This document shows, in pieces, positions 28,001 through 39,800 of a stretch of 64,000 nucleotides of DNA. The notes beneath the pieces were generated by a model. That model had not been told where the DNA came from. It searched no databases and saw nothing but the letters and a program-made list of their open reading frames with translations. The translations under genes were made by a program, and so were the position numbers. How positions within the stretch are numbered: the first letter of the stretch is position 1; each line of letters begins with the position of its first letter. This stretch comes from Yuukianura sp. NJ FZ-2021. Lineage: Eukaryota. The stretch covers positions 6,634,001 through 6,698,000 of the forward strand of contig CM102285.1 of assembly GCA_046563655.1 (NCBI GenBank), read 5' to 3'.

Positions 28001-31000
28001 TTTCACAAGCATAATTTCGGTTTGCAATTTTGGCATATCAGATAGCCCAGAATGACTTTTTGAGTTTTTAATGAAAAAAATGATTTTTTGGTGAAAAATT
28101 GAGCTTTGAACACTTCAGATGGGCTTTCACAAGCATAATTTCGGTTTGATATTTGGCATATCAGATAGCCCAGAATGACTTTTTGAGGAGTTTTTAATGA
28201 AAAAAAATGATTTTTTGGTGAAAATTGAGCTTGGAACACTTCAGATGGGCTTTCACAAGCATAATTTCGGTTTGCAATTTTGACATCTCAGATAGCCCAG
28301 AATGACTTTTTGGGGAGTTTTTAATGAAAAAAAAATGATTTTTTGGTGAAAAATTGAGCTTGGAACACTTCAGATGGGCTTTCACAAGCATAATTTCGGT
28401 TTGCAATTTTGACATCTGAGATAGCCCAGAATGACTTTTTGGGGAGTTTTTAATGAAAAAAATGATTTTTTGGTGAAAATTGAGCTTGGAACACTTCAGA
28501 TGGGCGTTCAGAAGCATAATATCGGATTGCAATTTTGACTTCACACATTGCCCAGAATGACTTTTTGGGGAGTTTTTAATGAAAAAATGGATTTTTTTGA
28601 GAAAAATTGAGTTTGGTACACTTCAGATGGGCTTTCTGAAGCAAAATATGGGTTTGCAATTTTGACATCTCAGATAGCCCAGAATGACTTTTTGTGGAGT
28701 TTTTAATGAAAAAAAATGATTTTTTGGTGAAAAATTGAGCTAGGAACACTTCAGATGGGCTTTCACAAGCATAATTTCGGTTTGCAATTTTGACTCCTCG
28801 GATAGCCCAGAATGACTTTTTGGGGAGTTTTTAATGAAAAAAAATGATTTTTTGGTGAAAAATTGAGCTTTGAACACTTCAGATGGGCTTTCGCAAGCAT
28901 AATTTCGGTTTGCAATTTTGACATCTGAGATAGCCCAGAATGACATTTTGGGGAGTTTTTAATGAAAAAAATGATTTTTTGGTGAAAAATTGAGCTTGGA
29001 ACACTTCAGATGGGCTTTCACAAGCATAATCTCGGTTTGCAATTTTGACATCTGAGATAGCCCAGAATGACATTTTGAGGAGTATTTAATGAAGAAAATG
29101 ATTTTTTGGTGAAAAATTGAGCTTGGAACAATTCAGATGGGCTTTCACAAGCATAATTTCGGTTTGCAATTTTGACATCTCAGATAGCCCAGAATGACTT
29201 TTTGGGGAGTTTTAAATGAAAAAAAAATGATTTTTTGGTGAAAAATTGAGCTTGGAACACTTCAGATGGGCTTTCACAAGCATAATTTCGGTTTGCAATT
29301 TTGACTCCTCGGATATCCCAGAATGACTTTTTGGGGAGTTTTTAATGAAAAAAAATGATTTTTTGGTGAAAAATTGAGCTTGGAACACTTCAGATGGGCT
29401 TTCACAAGCATAATTTCGGTTTGCAATTTTGACATCTCAGATAGCCCAGAATGACTTTTTGGGGAGTTTTTAATGAAAAAAAAATGATTTTTTGGTGAAA
29501 AATTGAGCTTGGAACACTTCAGATGGCCTTTCACAAGCATAATTTCGGTTTGCAATTTTGACATCTCAGATAGCCCAGAATGACTTTTTGGGAGTTTTTA
29601 ATGAAAAAAAAAATGATTTTTTGTTGAAAAATTGAGCTTGGAACACTTCAGATGGGCTTTCACAAGCATAATTTCGGTTTGCAATTTTGACATCTCAGAT
29701 AGCCCAGAATGACTTTTTGGGGAGTTTTTAATGAAAAAAAATGATTTTTTGGTGAAAAATTGATCTTGGAACACTTCAGATGGGCTTTAACACGCATATT
29801 TTCGGTTTGCATTTTTGACTCCTCGGATATCCCAGAATGACTTTTTGGGGAGTTTTTAATGAAAAAAGAAATGACTTTTTGGTAAAAAATTGAGCTTGGA
29901 ACACTTCAGATGGGTTTTCACAAGCATAATTTCGGTTTGCAATTTTGACATCTCAGATAGCCCAGAATGACTTTTGGGGAGTTTTTAATGAAAAAAAATG
30001 ATTTTTTGGTGAAAATTGAGCTTGGAACACTTCAGATGGGCTTTCACAAGCATAATTTCGGTTTGCAATTTTGACATCTCAGATAGCCCAGAATGACTTT
30101 TTGGGGAGTTTTTAATGAAAAAAAAATGATTTTTTGGTGAAAAATTGAGCTTGGAACACTTCAGATGGGCTTTCACAAGCATAATTTCGGTTTGCAATTT
30201 TGACATCTCAGATAGCCCAGAATGACTTTTTGGGGAGTTTTTAAAGAAAAAAAAAATGATTTTTTGGTGAAAAATTGAGCTTGGAACACTTCAGATGGGC
30301 GTTCAGAAGCATAATATCGGATTGCAATTTTGACTTCACACATTGCCCAGAATGACTTTTTGGGGAGTTTTTAATGAAAAAATGGATTTTTTTGAGAAAA
30401 ATTGAGTTTGGTACACTTCAGATGGGCGTTCAGAAGCATAATATCGGATTGCAATTTTGACTTCACACATTGCCCAGAATGACTTTTTGGGGAGTTTTTA
30501 ATGAAAAAATGGATTTTTTTGAGAAAAATTGAGTTTGGTACACTTCAGATGGGCTTTCACAAGCATAATTTCGGTTTGCAATTTTGACATCTGAGATAGC
30601 CCAGAATGACTTTTTGGGGAGTTTTTAATGAAAAAAAAATGATTTTTTGGTGAAAAATTGAGCTTGGAACACTTCAGATGGGCTTTCACAAGCATAATTT
30701 CGGTTTGCAATTTTGACATCTGAGATAGCCCAGAATGACTTTTTGGGGAGTTTTTAATGAAAAAAAAATGATTTTTTGGTGAAAAATTGAGCTTGGAACA
30801 CTTCAGATGGGCTTTCACAAGCATAATTTCGGTTTGCAATTTTGACTCCTCGGATATCCCAGAATGACTTTTGGGGAGTTTTTAATGAAAAAAAAATGAT
30901 TTTTTGGTGAAAAATTGAGCTTGGAACACTTCAGATGGGCTTTCACAATCATAATTTCGGTTTGCAATTTTGACTCCTCGGATATCCCAGAATGACTTTT

Positions 31001-33791
31001 TGGGGAGTTTTTAATGAAAAAAAATGATTTTTTGGTGAAAAATTGAGCTTTGAACACTTCAGATGGGCTTTCACAAGCATAATTTCGGTTTGCGATTTTG
31101 ACTCCTCGGATAGCCCAGAATGACTTTTTTAGGAGTTTTTAATGAAAAAAAAAATGATTTTTTGGTAAAAAATTGAGCTTTGAACACTTCAGATGGGCTT
31201 TCACAAGCATAATTTCGGTTTGCAATTTTGACATCTGAGATAGCCCAGAATGACTTTTTGTGGAGTTTTTAATGAAAAAAAAATGATTTTTTGGTGAAAA
31301 ATTGAGCTTGGAACACTTCAGATGGGCGTTCAGAAGCATAATATCGGATTGCAATTTTGACTTCACACATTGCCCAGAATGACTTTTTGGGGAGTTTTTA
31401 ATGAAAAAACGAATTTTTTTGAGAAAAATTGAGTTTGGTACACTTCAGATGGGCTTTCTGAAGCATAATATCGGTTTGCAATTTTGACATCTCAGATAGC
31501 CCAGAATGACTTTTTGGGGAGTTTTTAATGAAAAAAAATGATTTTTTGGTGAAAAATTGAGCTTGGAACAATTCAGATGGGCTTTCACAAGCATAATTTC
31601 GGTTTGCAATTTTGACACCTCAGATAGCCCAGAATGACTTTTTGGGGAGTTTTTAATGAAAAAAAATGATTTTTTGGTGAAAAATTGAGCTTGGAACACT
31701 TCAGATGGGCTTTCACAAGCATAATTTCGGTTTGCAATTTTGACATCTCAGATAGCCCAGAATGACTTTTTGGGGAGTTTTTAATGAAAAAAAAATTATT
31801 TTTTGGTGAAAATTGATCGTGGAACACTTCAGATGCGCTTTTACAACCATAATTTCGGTTTGCAATTTTGACATCTCAGATAGCCCAGAATGACTTTTTG
31901 TGGAGTTTTTAATGAAAAAAAAATGATTTTTTGGTGAAAAATTGAGCTTGGAACACTTCAGATGGGCTTTCACAAGCATAATTTCGGTTTGCAATTTTGA
32001 CACCTCAGATAGCCCAGAATGACTTTTTGGGGAGTTATTAATGAAAAAAAAATGATTTTTTGGTGAAAAATTGAGCTTGGAACAATTCAGATGGGCTTTC
32101 ACAAGCATAATTTCGGTTTGCAATTTTGACATCTCAGATAGCCCAGAATGACTTTTTGGGGAGTTTTTAATGAAAAAAAAATGATTTTTTGGGGAAAAAT
32201 TGAGCTTGGAACAATTCAGATGGGCTTTCACAAGCATAATTTCGGTTTGCAATTTTGACATCTCAGATAGCCCAGAATGACTTTTTGTGGAGTTTTTAAT
32301 GAAAAAAAAATGATTTTTTGGTGAAAAATTGAGCTAGGAACACTTCAGATGGGCTTTCACAAGCATAATTTCGGTTTGCAATTTTGACTCCTCGGATATC
32401 CCAGAATGACTTTTTGAGGAGTTTTTAATGAAAAAAGAAATGATTTTTTGGTGAAAAATTGAGCTTGGAACACTTCAGATGGGCTTTCACAAGCATAATT
32501 TCGGTTTGCAATTTTGACATCTCCGATAGCCCAGAATGACTTTTTTGGAGTTTTTAATGAAAAAAAAAATGATTTTTTGGTGAAAAATTGAGCTTGGAAC
32601 ACTTCAGATGGGCTTTCACAAGCATAATTTCGGTTTGCAATTTTGACATCTGAGATAGCCCAGAATGACTTTTTGGGGAGTTTTTAATGAAAAAAAAAAT
32701 GATTTTTTGGTGATAAAATTGAGCTTTGAACACTTCAGATGGGCTTTCGCAAGCATAATTTCGGTTTGCAATTTTGACATCTGAGATAGCCCAGAATGAC
32801 TTTTTGGGGAGTTTTTAATGAAAAAAAAAATGATTTTTTGGTGATAAAATTGAGCTTTGAACACTTCAGATGGGCTTTCGCAAGCATAATTTCGGTTTGC
32901 AATTTTGACATCTCCGATAGCCCAGAATGACTTTTTTGGAGTTTTTAAAGAAAAAAAAAATGATTTTTTGGTGAAAAATTGAGCTTGGAACACTTCAGAT
33001 GGGCTTTCACAAGCATAATTTCTGTTTGCAATTTTGACATCTGAGATAGCCCAGAATGACTTTTTGGGGAGTTTTTAATGAAAAAAAATGATTTTTTGGT
33101 GAAAATTGAGCTTGGAACAATTCAGATGGGCTTTCACAAACATAATTTCGGTTTGCAATTTTGACATCTCAGATAGCCCAGATTGACTTTTTGGGGAGTT
33201 TTTAATGAAAAAAAAATGATTTTTTGGGGAAAAATTGAGCTTGGAACAATTCAGATGGGCTTTCACAAGCATAATTTCGGTTTGCAATTTTGACATCTCA
33301 GATAGCCCAGAATGACTTTTTGGGGAGTTTTTAATGAAAAAAAAATGATTTTTTGGTGAAAAATTGAGCTTGGAACACTTCAGATGGGCTTTCACAAGCA
33401 TAATTTCGGTTTGCAATTTTGACTCCTCGGATATCCCAGAATGACTTTTTGAGGAGTTTTTAATGAAAAAAGAAATGATTTTTTGGTGAAAAATTGAGCT
33501 TGGAACACTTCAGATGGGCTTTCACAAGCATAATTTCGGTTTGCAATTTTGACATCTCAGATAGCCCAGAATGACTTTTGGGGAGTTTTTAATGAAAAAA
33601 AATGATTTTTTGGTGAAAAATTGAGCTTGGAACACTTCAGATGGGCTTTCACAAGCATAATTTCGGTTTGCAATTTTGACATCTCAGATAGCCCAGAATG
33701 ACTTTTTGGGGAGTTTTTAATGAAAAAAAAATGATTTTTTGGTGAAAAATTGAGCTTGGAACACTTCAGATGGGCTTTCACAAGCATAATT
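7083..33791 (-). repeat. Satellite B (~128-bp monomer), left arm, roughly 208 copies; strand label is arbitrary and opposite to the right arm
   Basis: Tandem unit GGAGTTTTTAATGAAAAAAAATGATTTTTTGGTGAAAAATTGAGCTTGGAACACTTCAGATGGGCTTTCACAAGCATAATTTCGGTTTGCAATTTTGACATCTCAGATAGCCCAGAATGACTTTTTGG. The period is about 126-130 bp because of homopolymer length variation. Copy number is estimated as length/128. Confidence 0.99.
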
Positions 33792-33810
33792 CAAAATCAT
33801 AATTATGCTT
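33782..33810. other. Inversion (fold-back) junction of satellite B with a 9-bp spacer
   Basis: ...CACAAGCATAATT ends at 33791, followed by CAAAATCAT (33792-33800), followed by AATTATGCTTGTG... starting at 33801. Both arms break at the same monomer position and are reverse complements of each other. Confidence 0.97.
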
Positions 33811-36800
33811 GTGAAAGCCCATCTGAAGTGTTCCAAGCTCAATTTTTCACCAAAAAATCATTTTTTTTCATTAAAAACTCCCCAAAAAGTCATTCTGGGC
33901 TATCTGAGATGTCAAAATTGCAAACCGAAATTATGCTTGTGAAAGCCCATCTGAAGTGTTCCAAGCTCAATTTTTCACCAAAAAATCATTTCTTTTTTCA
34001 TTAAAAACTCCTCAAAAAGTCATTCTGGGATATCCGAGGAGTCAAAATTGCAAACCGAAATTATGCTTGTGAAAGCCCATCTGAAGTGTTCCAAGCTCAA
34101 TTTTTCACCAAAAAATCATTTTTTTTCATTAAAAACTCCCAAAAAGTCATTCTGGGCTATCTGAGATGTCAAAATTGCAAACCGAAATTATGCTTGTGAA
34201 AGCCCATCTGAATTGTTCCAAGCTCAATTTTCACCAAAAAATCATTTTTTTTCATTAAAAACTCCCCAAAAAGTCATTCTGGGCTATCTCAGATGTCAAA
34301 ATTGCAAACCGAAATTATGCTTGTGAAAGCCCATCTGAAGTGTTCCAGGCTCAATTTTTCACCAAAAAATCATTTTTTTTCATTAAAAACTCCCCAACAA
34401 GTCATTCTGGGCTATCTCAGATGTCAAAATTGCAAACCGAAATTATGCTTGTGAAAGCCCATCTGAAGTGTTCCTAGCTCAATTTTTCACAAAAAAATCA
34501 TTTTTTTTTCATTAAAAACTCCCCAAAAAGTAATTCTGGGCTATCTCAGATGTCAAAATTGCAAACCGAAATTATGCTTGTGAAAGCCCATCTGAAGTGT
34601 TCCAGGCTCAATTTTTCACCAAAAAATCATTTTTTTTCATTAAAAACTCCCCAAAAAGTCATTCTGGGATATCCGAGGAGTCAAAATTGCAAACCGAAAT
34701 TATGCTTGTGAAAGCCCATCTGAAGTGTTCCTAGCTCAATTTTTCACCAAAAAATCATTTTTTTTTTCATTAAAAACTCCCCAAAAAGTAATTCTGGGCT
34801 ATCTCAGATGTCAAAATTGCAAACCGAAATTATGCTTGTGAAAGCCCATCTGAATTGTTCCAAGCTCAATTTTTCACCAAAAAATCATTTTGTTTCATTA
34901 AAAACTCCTCAAAAAGTCATTTTTTTTTCATTAAAAACTCCTAAAAAAGTCATTCTGGGCTATCCGAGGAGTCAAAATCGCAAACCGAAATTATGCTTGC
35001 GAAAGCCCATCTGAAGTGTTCCAAGCTCAATTTTATCACCAAAAAATCATTTTTTTCAATAAAAACTCCCCAAAAAGTCATTCTGGGCAATCTGAGATGT
35101 CAAAATTGCAAACCGAAATTATGCTTGTGAAAGCCCATCTGAATTGTTCCAAGCTCAATTTTCACCAAAAAATCATTTTTTTTTCATTAAAAACTCCCAA
35201 AAAGTCATTCTGGGCTATCTCAGATGTCAAAATTGCAAACCGAAATTATGCTTGTGAAAGCCCATCTGAAGTGTTCCAAGCTCAATTTATCACCAAAAAA
35301 TCATTTTTTTTCTTTAAAAACTCCCCAAAAAAAATCATTCTGGGCTATCTGAGATGTCAAAATTGCAAACCGAAATTATGCTTGTGAAAGCCCATCTGAA
35401 TTGTTCCAAGCTCAATTTTCACCAAAAAATCATTTTTTTCATTAAAAACTCCCAAAAAGTCATTCTGGGCTATCTCAGATGTCAAAATTGCAAACCGAAA
35501 TTATGCTTGCGAAAGCCCATCTGAAGTGTTCAAAGCTCAATTTTATCACCAAAAAATCATTTTTTTTCATTAAAAACTCCCCAAAAAGTCATTCTGGGCT
35601 ATCTCAGATGTCAAAATTGCAAACCGAAATTATGCTTGTGAAAGCCCATCTGAAGTGTTCCAAGCTCAATTTTTCACCAAAAAATCATTTTTTTTTCATT
35701 AAAAACTCCCCAAAAAGTCATTCTGGGCTATCTCAGATGTCAAAATTGCAAACAGAAATTATGCTTGTGAAAGCCCATCTGAAGTGTTCCAAGCTCAATT
35801 TTTCACCAAAAAATCATTTTTTTTTTCTTTAAAAACTCCAAAAAAGTCATTCTGGGCTATCGGAGATGTCAAAATTGCAAACCGAAATTATGCTTGCGAA
35901 AGCCCATCTGAAGTGTTCAAAGCTCAATTTTATCACCAAAAAATCATTTTTTTTTCATTAAAAACTCCAAAAAAGTCATTCTGGGCTATCGGAGATGTCA
36001 AAATTGCAAACCGAAATTATGCTTGTGAAAGCCCATCTGAAGTGTTCCAAGCTCAATTTTTCACCAAAAAATCATTTCTTTTTTCATTAAAAACTCCTCA
36101 AAAAGTCATTCTGGGCTATCGGAGATGTCAAAATTGCAAACCGAAATTATGGTTGTAAAAGCGCATCTGAAGTGTTCCACGATCAATTTTCACCAAAAAA
36201 TAATTTTTTTTTCATTAAAAACTCCTCAAAAAGTCATTCTGGGATATCCGAGGAGTCAAAATTGCAAACCGAAATTATGCTTGTGAAAGCCCATCTGAAG
36301 TGTTCCTAGCTCAATTTTTCACCAAAAAATCATTTTTTTTCATTAAAAACTCCCCAAAAAGTCATTCTGGGCTATCTGAGATGTCAAAATTGCAAACCGA
36401 AATTATGCTTGTGAAAGCCCATCTGAATTGTTCCAAGCTCAATTTTTCCCCAAAAAATCATTTTTTTTTCATTAAAAACTCCCCAAAAAGTCATTCTGGG
36501 CTATCTGAGATGTCAAAATTGCAAACCGAAATTATGCTTGTGAAAGCCCATCTGAAGTGTTCCAAGATCAATTTTCACCAGAAAAATCATTTTTTTCATT
36601 AAAAACTCCCCAAAAAGTCATTCTGGGCTATCTCAGATGTCAAAATTGCAAACCGAAATTATGCTTGTGAAAGCCCATCTGAAGTGTTCAAAGCTCAATT
36701 TTATCAGCAAAAAATCATTTTTTTCATTAAAAACTCCCCAAAAAGTCATTCTGGGATATCTCAGATGTCAAAATTGCAAACCGAAATTATGCTTGTTAAA

Positions 36801-39800
36801 GCCCATCTGAAGTGTTCCAAGCTCAATTATTCACCAAAAAATCATTTTTTTCTTTAAAAACTCCAAAAAGTCATTATGGGCTATCTGATATGCCAAATAT
36901 TGCAAACCGAAATTATGCTTGTGAAAGCCCATCTGAAGTGTTCAAAGCTCAATTTTCACCAAAAAATAATTTTTTTTTCATTAAAAACTCCTCAAAAAGT
37001 CATTCTGGGATATCCGAGGAGTCAAAATTGCAAACCGAAATTATGCTTGTGAAAGCCCATCTGAAGTGTTCAAAGCTCAATTTTTCACCAAAAAATCATT
37101 TTTTTTCATTAAAAACTCCTCAAAAAGTCATTTTGGGCTATCTGAGGAGTCAAAATTGCAAACCGAAATTATGCTTGTGAAAGCCCATCTGAAGTGTTCC
37201 AAGCTCAATTTTTCCCCAAAAAATAATTTTCTTTCCATTAAAAACTCCCCAAAAAGTCATTCTGGGCTATCTGAGATGTCAAAATTGCAAACCGAAATTA
37301 TGCTTGTGAAAGCCCATCTGAATTGTTCCAAGCTCAATTTTTCACCAAAAAATCATTTTTTTTCAATAAAAACTCCCCAAAAAGTCATTCTGGGCTATCT
37401 GAGATGTCAAAATTGCAAACCGAAATTATGCTTGTGAAAACCCATCTGAAGTGTTCCAAGCTCAATTTTTTACCAAAAAGTCATTTCTTTTTTCATTAAA
37501 AACTCCCCAAAAAGTCATTCTGGGCTATCTGAGATGTCAAAATTGCAAACCGAAATTATGCTTGTTAAAGCCCATCTGAAGCGTTCCAAGATCAATTTTT
37601 CACCAAAAAATCCATTTTTTCATTAAAAACTCCCCAAAAAGTCATTCTGGGCAATGTGTGAAGTCAAAATTGCAAACCGAAATTATGCTTGTGAAAGCCC
37701 ATCTGAAGTGTTCCAAGCTCAATTTTTCACCAAAAAATCATTTTTTTTCATTAAAAACTCCCCAAAAAGTCATTCTGGGCTATCTGAGATGTCAAAATTG
37801 CAAACCGAAATTATGCTTGTGAAAGCCCATCTGAAGTGTTCCAAGCTCAATTTTTCACAAAAAAATCAATTTTTTTTTCATTAAAAACTCCCAAAAAGTC
37901 ATTCTGGGCTATCTCAGATGTCAAAATTGCAAACCGAAATTATGCTTGTGAAAGCCCATCTGAAGTGTTCAAAGCTCAATTTTTCACAAAAAAATCATTT
38001 TTTTTTCATTAAAAACTCCTAAAAAAGTCATTATGGGCTATCTGATATGCCAAATATCAAACCGAAATTATGCTTGTGAAAGCCCATCTGAAGTGTTCCA
38101 AGCTCAATTTTTCACCAAAAAATCATTTTTTTTCATTAAAAACTCCTCAAAAAGTCATTCTGGGCTATCCGAGGAGTCAAAATTGCAAACCCATGTTTTG
38201 CTTCAGAAAGCAAATCTGAAGTGTACTAAACTCAATTTTTCTAAAAAAAATCCATTTTTTTCATTAAAAACTCCCAAAAAGTCATTCTGGGCTATCTCAG
38301 ATGTCAAAATTGCAAACCGAAATTATGCTTGTGAAAGCCCATCTGAATTGTTCCAAGCTCAATTTTTCACCAAAAAATCATTTTTTTTCATTAAAAACTC
38401 CCTAAAAAAGTCATTCTGGGCTATCTGAGAGTCAAAATTGCAAACCGACATTATGCTTGTGAAAGCCCATATGAAGTGTTCCAAGCTCAATTTTTCACCA
38501 AAAAATCATTTTTTTTCATTAAAAACTCCCCAAAAAGTCATTCTGGGCTATCTGAGATGTCAAAATTGCAAACCGAAATTATGCTTGTGAAAGCCCATCT
38601 GAATTGTTCCAAGCTCAATTTTTCACCAAAAAATCATTTTTTTCATTAAAAACTCCCCAAAAAAGTCATTCTGGGCTATCTCAGATGTCAAAATTGCAAA
38701 CCGAAATTATGCTTGTGAAAGCCCATCTGAAGTGTTCCAAGCTCAATTTTTCACCAAAAAATCATTTTTTTTTCTTTAAAAACTCCCCAAAAAGTCATTC
38801 TGGGCTATCTGAGATGTCAAAATTGCAAACCGAAATTATGCTTGTGAAAGCCCATCTGAATTGTTCCAAGCTCAATTTTCACCAAAAAATCATTTTTTTC
38901 ATTAAAAACTCCCCAAAAAGTCATTCTGGGCTATCTCAGATGTCAAAATTGCAAACCGAAATTATGCTTGCGAAAGCCCATCTGAAGTGTTCAAAGCTCA
39001 ATTTTATCACCAAAAAATCATTTTTTTTCATTAAAAACTCCCCAAAAAGTCATTCTGGGCTATCTGAGATGTCAAAATTGCAAACCGAAATTATGCTTGT
39101 GAAAGCCCATCTGAATTGTTCCAAGCTCAATTTTTCACCAAAAAATCATTTTTTTTCATTAAAAACTCCCCAAAAAGTCATTCTGGGCTATCTCAGATGT
39201 CAAAATTGCAAACCGAAATTATGCTTGTGAAAGCCCATCTGAAGTGTTCCAAGCTCAATTTTTCACCAAAAAATCATTTTTTTTTCATTAAAAACTCTCC
39301 AAAAGTCATTCTGGGCTATCTGAGATGTCAAAATTGCAAACCGAAATTATGCTTGTGAAAGCCCATCTGAAGTGTTCAAAGCTCAATTTTTCACCAAAAA
39401 ATCATTTTTTTTTATTAAAAACTCCTCAAAAAGTCATTATGGGCTATCTGATATGCCAAATATCAAACCGAAATTATGCTTGTGAAAGCCCATCTGAAGT
39501 GTTCCAAGCTCAATTTTTCTCCGAAAAATCCATTTCTTTTTCATTAAAAACTCCTCAAAAAGTCATTCTGGGCTATCTGAGATGTCAAAATTGCAAACCG
39601 AAATTATGGTTGTAAAAGCGCATCTGAAGTGTTCCACGATCAATTTTCACCAAAAAATAATTTTTTTTTCATTAAAAACTCCTCAAAAAGTCATTCTGGG
39701 ATATCCGAGGAGTCAAAATTGCAAACCGAAATTATGCTTGTGAAAGCCCATCTGAAGTGTTCAAAGCTCAATTTTTCACCAAAAAATCATTTTTTTTCAT

